The position numbers were made by a program, and so were the translations under genes. Below are positions 25,240-35,532 of a stretch of 64,000 bases of DNA, in pieces; position 1 is the first letter of the stretch, and each line of letters begins with the position of its first letter. Where the stretch lies: positions 21,328,278 through 21,392,277 of the forward strand of contig CM119265.1 in NCBI GenBank assembly GCA_051294375.1, given 5' to 3'. Source of the DNA: Paraspadella gotoi. Its lineage: Eukaryota > Animalia > Chaetognatha. The notes under the pieces are model-generated. The model worked only from the letters and a program-made list of their open reading frames with translations, did not search any database and was not told the DNA's origin.

Positions 25240-25460
25240 TCTCGTCCTCCTCCTCCCTCTCTTCCTCTTCCTCCCTCTCGTCCTCTTCCTCTCTCTCGTC
25301 CTCTTACTCTCTCTCGTCCTCTTCCTCCCTCTCGTCCTCATCCTCCCTCTCGTCCTCTTCCTCCCTCTCGTCCTCTTCCTTCTCCCTTCTTATCCTCTTC
25401 CTCTCTCTTCTCTTCTTCTTCTCGTCCTCTTCCTCTCTCTCGTCCTCTTCCTCCCTCCAT
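25240..25460. repeat. 18-bp tandem repeat CGTCCTCTTCCTCCCTCT (EREEED on the minus strand)
   Basis: Read directly; SRPLPP/EREEED periodicity in the ORF track. Confidence 0.8.
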
Positions 25461-25936
25461 ATCGTCCTCCCTCTTCCACCATAACGTTCCTTCTTCTTCT
25501 CCCTCTCCCCTTCCTCCCCTCCTCCCTCCCTCTTTCTCCCCGGCGTGCCCCCCACCGCGGGGTTAACATCTTCTATGATTAATCAAGGGAGGCGGCGCAA
25601 ACTATCACTGTCAGCGGTTTAACCCCAACCAAGAGGCGGACTGTCGTCGAGAAGGGAAAAAAGGGGGAAAAAAAGGAAAAAAGGGGAAAAAAAAGAGGAA
25701 AAAGGAGAATAAAAAAATAAAAAAAGAGGTCGCGGAGGTTTCTTCTTTCCTCCGCCTCCTCTGCCTCCTCTTGCTTCACCCGCTTCAGTCTTTTGCTTTA
25801 TTTTCGCTCTTTTTTGCCTTTTTTTTTGTTTGCTTTTAATTTATTTGTCTAGTTTTTTCGTGTCAAAGTTAATTCACGCGTGTGTTCTATATGGAGTGAG
25901 AGANNNNNNNNNNNNNNNNNNNNNNNNNGGGGAGAG

Positions 25937-25974
<38 letters not shown>

Positions 25975-25984
25975 GAAAGAGAAC

Positions 25985-26837
25985 AGTAGACTTACCTTTC
26001 TACTTCTAACTTTACAAACTTACCCACCATCATACCTTCTACAAGATACACATCCATTCATTTCACGATCTCCGCCCTCTCTTCTGCCTCCCACAGCTAA
26101 TCATTCACTGACCCCAGAACTCACTCTCCACCTCCTCCCCGGCCAATAAAAAAAAGGCGGTGGCCGGGAATTCGAATCCAGATTCAGAATCTGCGAATGT
26201 CGACTTTTGAAATCTTTTCCTCGTTTTGAGATAAATCTTCTGAAAGTCCGTACAACGGGGCTGAGCTTGTAAAATGTTTTTCCAACGAAGAATCATAAAC
26301 TTGTTGGGAGATGGAGAGCGGGAGATGGAGCGAGTTTTTGGGGAGGGGCTTAAATAAAAAGTCGAACTGGAAAACCCGCTTTTACTTTTGTCCAAAAAAA
26401 GTGGGGAAGGAGCAAGTTTTTGAGGAGGGCAAAAGTTGACTGGAACATGACAGAAAGAGAAAGAGAGACTTACCTTTCTACCTTCTACTTTACTTACCCA
26501 CCATCATCCTTCTACAGATACACATCCTTCATTTCACGATCTCCCCTCTCTTTCTCTCCCACACATTCACTGACCCAAACTCCCTCTCCACCTCCTCCCC
26601 CCCACTAAAAAAAAGGCGGTGGCCGGGATTCGAATCCAAGATTCAAATCCTCGATGTCGACCTTTTGAATCTTTTCTCGTTTTGAGATAAATCTTTGAAA
26701 AGTCCTACCAACGGCTGAGGCTTGTAAAATGTTTCAACGAAGAATCATAAAACTTGTGGAGATGGAGAGCGGGAGAAGGAGCGAGTTTTGGGGATGGAAA
26801 AAGTCGACTGGAAACCCGCTTTTATTTTCGTCAAAAA
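25985..26837. repeat. Tandem duplication of about 480 bp leading into a 60-70 bp repeat array that runs into the gap 26838-27586
   Basis: GACTTACCTTTCTAC at about 25989 and 26468; AAAAGTCGACTGGAAACCCGCTTTTA unit at about 26357 (variant), 26799 and 27587. Confidence 0.8.
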
Positions 26838-28257
26838 NNNNNNNNNNNNNNNNNNNNNNNNNNNNNNNNNNNNNNNNNNNNNNNNNNNNNNNNNNNNNNN
26901 NNNNNNNNNNNNNNNNNNNNNNNNNNNNNNNNNNNNNNNNNNNNNNNNNNNNNNNNNNNNNNNNNNNNNNNNNNNNNNNNNNNNNNNNNNNNNNNNNNNN
27001 NNNNNNNNNNNNNNNNNNNNNNNNNNNNNNNNNNNNNNNNNNNNNNNNNNNNNNNNNNNNNNNNNNNNNNNNNNNNNNNNNNNNNNNNNNNNNNNNNNNN
27101 NNNNNNNNNNNNNNNNNNNNNNNNNNNNNNNNNNNNNNNNNNNNNNNNNNNNNNNNNNNNNNNNNNNNNNNNNNNNNNNNNNNNNNNNNNNNNNNNNNNN
27201 NNNNNNNNNNNNNNNNNNNNNNNNNNNNNNNNNNNNNNNNNNNNNNNNNNNNNNNNNNNNNNNNNNNNNNNNNNNNNNNNNNNNNNNNNNNNNNNNNNNN
27301 NNNNNNNNNNNNNNNNNNNNNNNNNNNNNNNNNNNNNNNNNNNNNNNNNNNNNNNNNNNNNNNNNNNNNNNNNNNNNNNNNNNNNNNNNNNNNNNNNNNN
27401 NNNNNNNNNNNNNNNNNNNNNNNNNNNNNNNNNNNNNNNNNNNNNNNNNNNNNNNNNNNNNNNNNNNNNNNNNNNNNNNNNNNNNNNNNNNNNNNNNNNN
27501 NNNNNNNNNNNNNNNNNNNNNNNNNNNNNNNNNNNNNNNNNNNNNNNNNNNNNNNNNNNNNNNNNNNNNNNNNNNNNNNNNNNNNNAAAAAGTCGACTGG
27601 AAACCCGCTTTTACTTTTGTCAAAAAATGGGAGAAGGAGCGAGTTTTGGTTTGTTTTTTTTTCCTTAATAATAAAAAATTCCTTCCAGTTAAACAATAAT
27701 TACTCTTATTATATTATAAAAAATTGAAAGAAGATCTTTCTTTAGACAAGCATACGATCCTCAGTAGTCAGTAACATTGGAGTCAAAATTTGCTTTAAAA
27801 AATTACTCACCCTTTAAGGCGTTTTACAAATTAAGGATCAAATTCAACGTGATTTACAAAAAAGTAAATTCAAAATCGCTCCCGATCGTGACAACATTTA
27901 CCACAAAACTAAAAGAACGAATGCACGATGAATTTAAACAAATAATTGTCAACGCGGAAATTAATTAAGGAAAATGAAGGAANNNNNNNNNNAAAAATGT
28001 CTAAAATGTCCCCGGTCGAATCCCTCCATTGACAAGACCTACGACGCTCCGCCGTTCCCCCTTCCACCTTCTTCAACCTCTATCCACGCTTCTCCCCCCC
28101 CCCAATGGAAATCGACGTATTCCGGCCTTTAAGCATTTCCACCTTTTTACAACTGAGGGGCGCGCCTCCCAAAAAAAAAATTTCGGTGCCGGCCGCGTTC
28201 CCCTTCTCCGCCCCCTCTACCTCCCTTCGCTCAGAAACAATTTTTTTTTATATCGTC

Positions 28258-28830
28258 CATTAATCATTTCGTGAAGCGGAGACGCTTGTCGCTGTCGTCG
28301 TCTTTTTCGTCGTCGTCGTCGTTGTCGTCTTCATTATCATCGTCGTGTTTCAAACTTTTTTCAATCGTAGTTGTCATCGTTTCTGACTTTTTTTGTTTTA
28401 AACATCTGCGTCATCCCGAGTACTTTCGTTTGTCTTTTCATCTTTTCATTGACGGACATCATTTACGCCGTCGTCGTCTTCGTCGGCGTCTTTCTTGTTA
28501 TCTTCGTCGTAGTCGTCGTCGTCGTCTTGCTTGTCATCTTGGTCGTCATCCACATCTTCGTCTTGATCGTCGTCGTCTTCGTCGTCGGGATCTTCGAAGC
28601 TTCCATCGGGATCACGCTCGGGATTTTCCCCTCGGGCTCGCGGAAGGTGGCGCTTCGATCCCCGCTTCGACCGGAAGCGCCCCGACTTTTTCGAGCGCTA
28701 ATTTCTCTCTTCGGAGGAGGAGGGGCGATGGGCGCGTTCGAGTTTGGAACGAACGCCCCTCGATGTGAGAGGCGATGGAATCGCTGAGTGGGGAGAGTCA
28801 AGTCGGAGACTGCTGGGGAGAATATTGCCA
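28258..28830 (-). CDS. Putative terminal exon of an Asp-rich orphan protein (second copy at about 49135-49710)
   Basis: Minus-strand pieces read RLDSPHSAIPSPLTSRGVRSKLERAHRPSSSE...NPERDPDGSFEDPDDEDDDDQDEDVDDDQDDKQDDDDDYDEDNKKDADEDDDG...KDDDSDKRLRFTK*; several indels. Confidence 0.4.
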
Positions 28831-29583
28831 AGTCTTTTGAGGGAAGAAGAAACTTCCCTCGGAATTTATAAGATTAGACAAGAAAACTTGAGAAAGAAAT
28901 TAATCCAATTTAAAAAAAATGTTTAAATAATATAGGTTGCTCTAAGATGGATTTTTTAGACTTTATGTTATATGTTATATTTTCTTTTGGCAGCTTGACG
29001 GACAGTTTATCCTGTCGCGAGTTGCGTAAACTCTTTCTAATCAAAATGAATTATAAGAAAATGACAAAATTACTTGTTTCACTATGAGTAATTTCATTCT
29101 GAAATAACATTTTGTTAACGACTTTAACTCCCACATTCCGCAATCCTACAGTAGCGATGATTTCGACGTCAACGATGATTCGTCGTATGACCGCTGACAG
29201 ATGCCTCAACTCCTCCCCCCCCCAACCCTCCACCGACGTGGCGTCTCCCCGCCTTTTGCGTAATTGGCGGCGTCGTAACCGGCGACGACGACGACAATGA
29301 CGACGAAGTGGAGGAAGACGATGATGATGACGATGACGAACTCATCGATCATCTCGAGACCCGCGTTCGCCGTCGCCCGCGTCTCCCCATCAACCCGCAC
29401 TGTCGGCTCGCTGCCACTCGCCCCCCCACCTCTCACCCTTGCCCCCCCATTCTAACCCACTACTTCTCCGCTCCCCCGATGGCCCGAACTTCGTCCGTCC
29501 GTCCGTCCGAGGGAAAACAAAAGCCTGTCCGGACAATGGGATTCAGAGACTTTGATGCCGAGAAATTAATGAGCATCGCTTTG

Positions 29584-29622
<39 letters not shown>

Positions 29623-29748
29623 ACTTTATCCTCACTCTACCTCTCTCTCTCGCTCTCACTTCCGCTTCTTCTCCGTCCTCCTTCCCGTCGACATCTCTTA
29701 ATGAACCCGAGCGCCTTCTTTCCCATTTTTTGTTTGCTCTCTGAGAGA

Positions 29749-29793
<45 letters not shown>

Positions 29794-29976
29794 AGAGAGA
29801 AGAGAGTAGAGTAGAAGAGAGTGAGAGAGAGAGAGAGAGAGAGAGATGAGAGGAGAGAGTGAGAGAGAGAATTGCATAACGGCGCCTCACCACATCCATC
29901 GGCGCATTGCGTGTTGACAAAAAGAAAGAACAAAAGATCTTCACCACGAAAAAAAGAGACAAAAGAAGAAGGTAAA

Positions 29977-30008
<32 letters not shown>

Positions 30009-30484
30009 AGAAAGAAAGAGAAGAAAGAAAGAAAGGCAAAAGCAAAAGCAAGCAGAAGAAAGACAAGAAGAAGTAAAAGTAGAAGACCAAAGCTCAAGAA
30101 GATAAGAAAGAAAGAAAGAAAAGATAAGAAAGAAAGAAAAAAAAAGGAAAATGTATGAAGAGAAGAGAGCGGGAGGAAAAGAAAGAAAGAGGAGGAGCCT
30201 TTCTTGACCTCTTCTCTCCTCTCTCTTTCCCTTCACTGCACCAACTTCGGTAAAAACAACAGACGTCCGTTCGTCGTTACTCTTCCTCAAATCTCCTCTC
30301 TTCTTCGTTGATTTTAGAATTTCTTTTTTGTTTTGTTTACTTTTTGTTTGTTTATTCGGGATAGAACTTGTCCGCCTCCTCGACTTGGGATGATTGAATT
30401 ATGAGTCCATCTGTTTGATCTTCCTTCAACCTTTTAATTTTCCCGTTTATGAGCAAAAGAAATTAAAATAAATGGCCGAAACTG

Positions 30485-30524
<40 letters not shown>

Positions 30525-30621
30525 TGAGAGAGAGAGAGAAGAGAGAGAGGAGAGAGAAGACGCGAGTCTGAGGTGAATGAACAATCAAGGGAAAAAAGTG
30601 CTGCTTCTCTCTCTCTCTCTC

Positions 30622-30705
<84 letters not shown>

Positions 30706-31880
30706 ATTTTCACGGTCAGCGCATAAGACCACCACAACAGACTCGGTTAACATACACGTGAGTGGAGAGATTAACATTTCGCTTTTCTTATCACGCTTCT
30801 TTTTACCAATTTTTATTCTTATTTTGTATCAGTTTGTTTCTTTAGTTTCCCTTGCCTATATTGTTTCACTTTTTTCTTTTTCTCTTACTCTCCTCGTCTT
30901 TCTAAGTTTATAATTTGTTATTGATCAGTATATAACTCGCAATAATTAAAATATTTTTCTCGTCTCTATTTCCTTGACCGCTTCTCTTTTCGCATCCGCT
31001 TCCACATCACTTTCCTCATCCGCTTCGCGTCCGCTTCCTCATTCGCTTTCCTTTCCCGACTCTCTTCGAATCACTCGACCCCGCAATCGTGGACGTTCAT
31101 CAACTTTCGCCGCTAAAATGTAATGAGGGAAACGGAGGAATGAAAAGGCGCCGGTACTTAGTGAGATGTGATATGAGTAGAGTAGAATTGTAACATAAGT
31201 AACAAACGACAATAGAAGGATAGCGCTAATGGTTGTAGGCAAAAAACAAAAAAAATTTCAAACAGTGGTTATTTCAAAGTTTTAAAGAAAACATTTCTAC
31301 GGCGTGGAATACTTGTAAAATTAGAAAAAAAAGATTTTTCATTTCATTTTATTTTATTTATTTATTAACATTTTCTAACAAATTCCTCCACTCCGGCATT
31401 CCTCCTTTATTTTCTCCTCTCTTTCCCTCCTCCTCCTCCTCCTTCCTCCTCCTCCCTCTCCTCCTCCTCCTCCCATTCGATTTAAAAGCGACGAGATGGC
31501 GTTCAATTTGTCACCTCTTTTATGTCTGATCTGTTTGAAGGCGATCGACACGGAAGGAGGCGTGGCGGTGTGAGGTTCGGAGGTGATGGTGGCAGGTTGG
31601 GTGGGTGATTGGGTCGGCGATTGGGTGAGTTTTTGCGAAGGGAAACGGGGGCATCCTATTTTTCGTTATGAGGTTAAACAATTAAATGTCAATATGTATT
31701 GATTATGTCTACATAATCATAATACATTAAATTACATTTCTAGAGGGTATTCAATATTTAATATATCTCATACTATTTATACTATTACATTACTATTATA
31801 CAATTTAATTTACTAAACCCATGCCCCTATGAGGTGAGGCGAAGCGGTAAAGATCGAAACGAGGCTAGAGCCTCATTGAG

Positions 31881-32471
31881 GTGCGCGCTCAAAAAAATCA
31901 GGGGTTGATTCCCACTTTCGCCTCGCACAAAAAAATTTTAGCCGCGATGAAAATATGCAGGTTGGGTTTGTCGCAGAACGGGAGGTCAGTCGCAGTAAAG
32001 GGTCAAGGAGCCCTTACCTTAGAGGACCTTACCAAAAACTGCAACCACGTTCTTTCCCAACCTCTCCTTCAACAACTCACCTCAAAGCGAGGCGTAGAAT
32101 CGCTTAGCGATCACGATCTCCGTTGCTCCTTAGGCCTTATTCCTTTTTCGACTACTCTCAGCGACCAAGGTCCTCGATCAAAACTGACTACCTCCCCCTT
32201 TCCTTTTCTCTTCAACGTGTGCGATTCCACTTCTCTTTTTTTGACTCCTCATGTCCCTCGCATCCCACCTTCGCCCCCCTCCTCCCCCTATCCACCTTCG
32301 TCCGCCAATTTCTTTGGCCGGACGAATCCCTTCGTCATGGTTTTGGCGGGAATTCAGTTCAAAAGGTTCTTTTTCCTCCGGCGCTCCGGTCATCCAAAGC
32401 TGACCGCCGCCGCCGCCGCCCGCTCGCCGCCGCCACGCCGCTGCCGCCTGCGCCTCGCCGACTCAATGTGA
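31881..32471 (+). CDS. Hypothetical ORF, 196 aa, non-repetitive in its N-terminal half
   Basis: Open frame in otherwise stop-rich DNA; no motif recognised. Confidence 0.3.
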   Translation: MRAQKNQGLIPTFASHKKILAAMKICRLGLSQNGRSVAVKGQGALTLEDLTKNCNHVLSQPLLQQLTSKRGVESLSDHDLRCSLGLIPFSTTLSDQGPRSKLTTSPFPFLFNVCDSTSLFLTPHVPRIPPSPPSSPYPPSSANFFGRTNPFVMVLAGIQFKRFFFLRRSGHPKLTAAAAARSPPPRRCRLRLADSM

Positions 32472-33372
32472 TCCGCCCGAAGCCGTGATGGAGACAAATG
32501 ATATTAGGTTCGGGTCTACGAAAGACGAGAGAGAGAGAGAGAGAGAAGGAGACTGAGAGAGAGAGAGAGAAGCAGAGACGAGAGAAGGAGAGCGAGAGGA
32601 GAGAGAGAGAGTTTTCTTGGACGGTTGAAGATTTTTTTGGGATTTCAGCGCGAGGAATTTCTCGTGACGAGTTTCCGAGTCGTCGCGTAAAAAACTCCGC
32701 CACGCCGGAATTTTTTTTTTCTCGGTTGAAACACCGCTGCCATCCACACCCCACCTCGCGAACTTTTTAATTCCCTCAACCCCCACCGCCCCCTCCGGTC
32801 CCCTCCACCCACCACGCGATTCCATGAGTCGAAATGGAAACGAATTCTCTTCGTGAGAGAGAGAGAGGGAGAGAGAGAGAGAAGAGAGAGAAGAGAGAGA
32901 GACGCGAGAGAGAGAGAGAGAGATCTTCTTTTGTTGGGTGGCATGGAATTGTAGGCGTGGAGTTTAAAGGAAAAGGAAATGGCAGTATCAGGAGATACAG
33001 GAAAAAAGCAGGACATGCCAGTCGCGAGATACAGGAATTTGAAACTGGCAGGCGAGATATACATGGTATGACATAACATCGGGAGATTATAAGGAATGGC
33101 ATGGCAGTTTTGTTAGGCGAGAAAGATTTAGGCAGCTCGATAAGTCCTGGCATGGAACTAAGGAAATCAATAGCATGTCATAGGAATTAAAAAATGGGAG
33201 GAATATCGAAAAGGAAGGATGGGATTCGGTTTTAAATTTATAAGGGAGGAACAAGAAAAAAAAAAGCGAAAAGGAGGAAAGAAGGAAAGGAAATGGGAGA
33301 ACCGAACTTCTTTTTTTTCTTTTTTTTTTTCTCTTCTCATGGTTCCCTGGGGTGCGAGGAATCCCATTACCA

Positions 33373-33960
33373 GATTATTATCAAAGATCACGACATCCAT
33401 GATGGGGAGGACGAGAAGCGACGACGACGACGACGACGCGACGACGACGATTGAGGCGATAGCCGAAGACGAAGAAGACGAAAACGACGGAGAATTGACG
33501 ACAAAGAACGAGGGACGATGACCACGAGACTGTGATACGCGTTAAGACGATAAAGTTAGACAACGAAAAAAGATTTAAAATAACTAGAAATCTAACTTGA
33601 AGTCAGAAATATTCCCGTGACTGATTTAGACTCAGATCGCTTCTTACTAATGACAGTGAGTTTAAAAAACAAAATCAGGGTTTGAATGTCTTGAACATAA
33701 TTTCAAGTAAATATTCTTACCATTTTAAATATGTAGCCAAAAGTCCATATATTATCGAGAATTCCCATTAGCTTTCTGGAGCCGGAATACTTGGAGTCCA
33801 ATGTTTTTCGTGGTTTTTCTTCCGTTATTATTTCCCATTGACGGGACAAAGATCCATCTGCAGCCGAGAGCAGGTCAGTTCCTAGGAGCTGGCCTCTGTT
33901 GTAAATTGGAAACAAAGGACAATTACTGGGAGACAGAAAGAATGATTTAGAACTTTTTCG
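33373..33960 (+). CDS. Putative orphan exons: acidic block (about 33373-33570) and globular-looking block (about 33707-33960)
   Basis: DHDIHDGEDE..DDDD..EDEEDEND; PISFLEPEYLESNVFRGFSSVII...GNKGQLLGDRKNDLELFR ending at a perfect donor G|GTAAGT at 33961. Confidence 0.35.
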
Positions 33961-34795
33961 GTAAGTTATTCGTCCTCTACTATAAGCTATTAAGCTATTG
34001 CCCTCTTGTCAGATTAGCGCGATCACAGCTCCAAAGCAAAATGAGTTATGCGTGTCCAAATCAATTTCAATAGATCGTTTTTAGTTTGAAAAATCTGTAA
34101 AATATGCCACTTTTTTTGTACAAAAATGAAATAGCTTTGGATTTCTTTTTTTTGCCATAGGGAACCTGAGAGCCTCCTCTGATTTCGTGACAACCCTGAG
34201 ACAAGCGACGCAAGGGATCAAATCGTTCAGCGGAAAATTCTTTTAAAAAATGAGAAATTTAAAACCGTTTATCAAACAATATAAGTTTAAAGTGAATATG
34301 TCATATATATATATAATATATATCAAACCTTATTTGTTTTATAACCCCTTTACTTTGAACGAAGCAAGACTAGAAGTTTTGTGAAACAAGAAAGAAATTT
34401 CATTTTTCGTAAATTTAAAAAATTTAATTTTTTTTAATATAAAAACAAAAAAACTTTTTTTCTCCGCTTGAAGTTTCGATTATAATTTTTTTTTCTAAAG
34501 TTTTTTCATTTAAAAAAGTATAAAGAAAAAATATAGCGATCGTCCGATGTCGTTTTCCTTTTTGGTTTTGGTTGAAAACTTGTTATTTTGTTTTACCTTT
34601 TCCGGACTTTCTTGCCTCCACACGCTGTGTCCTCTTCACCCTTTTAAGGACGAAACTCAATCGCCGGATCAATTAGATTTCGTTATTGTATAATCTTACG
34701 CAATAATCTACTATTTTTAATAATGAAAAGTACCGGACCTATTACCTAGCAATGCCGTAACGACGAGTAAGACTTGAAAAAAAAAAGGGAAGCGT

Positions 34796-35036
34796 TCGCT
34801 ACGACCTTCGTGTCCTTTGTAAATATTTTTTTTCATGAGAATTCGCGAGCGGCGAGTTTCCATAAAAAAAAAAAAAATCAAATAAATCTTCCTGCCATCG
34901 CGATTTTTCGCTTGTAAAAACCAACTTTTCCTTTTGATTCGAGCGAAAAAGGAAATAATAGAAATTTCTATTGCTGAAAATGATAAAAAAGAAAGTTTTA
35001 GAAGAAAGTTGGCATTTTTGCGCATTTCGCCCCTTT

Positions 35037-35114
<78 letters not shown>

Positions 35115-35473
35115 CTTTCTTCTTTCTTTTGATTTGACACTTTTATACGAAAAAATCAGGAGTGTTTCCTTGCCTTGAAGCAAAAGATACATTCATTAAA
35201 ATTTTTTAGGACCCAAAGTGTAAATAGGTTTTCTTTTAACTTTCGCGTCTTTTCACCTAAAACTGACATATCATACGAAACTTAAAGTAAATTTAGTTAT
35301 TTTTTTTTTTCGGTTTGAGTTGAAACGATTCTTTTTCGTGGAACGACGAAGGAGGGGGGGGGTCCCTCATTAGCTACTGATTCCGGTCTCTTTAAATGTC
35401 TACCTTACGACTCGACGATTATTGTCGTTGTGACTTAAATTCTCTTCTTCTCTCTCTCTCCTCTCTCTTCAAT

Positions 35474-35532
<59 letters not shown>

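Larger units (their letters stand above)
15230..26800 (-). pseudogene. Putative multi-exon orphan gene for a charged low-complexity protein, interrupted by the LTR element
   Basis: Minus-strand coding-like blocks with splice-like ends: about 26490-26800 (GG|GTAAGT); 25035-25220 (NLEKRNLRVVLIEIRQSEETLEV, AAG|GTAAGG); 24410-24790; 23590-23830; 23370-23560 (KDVEELWPGVIAGG, SEDVKTKDNPSDAIV); 23227-23310 plus 15590-15650; 15230-15540 (SLCNADLFEIQTFLHG..SPNQVFRNSTDFFV). No domain recognised. Confidence 0.35.

Noticed and set aside
23971-25566. 531-aa plus-strand ORF, the longest in the track
   Set aside because: Phe/Ser/Leu low-complexity read of a pyrimidine-rich strand; splice signals and plausible peptides are on the opposite strand
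25559-25626. GGGG-TTAA and TTAA-CCCC resembling piggyBac ends (also CGGG-TTAA near 14206)
   Set aside because: Only 8-bp matches, no extended partner TIRs and no transposase found
26729-27727. Long ORFs across N runs (also at 11.6-12.4, 55.9-56.2, 56.6-56.8, 57.5-57.9 and 59.7-60.0 kb)
   Set aside because: Artefacts of translating assembly gaps
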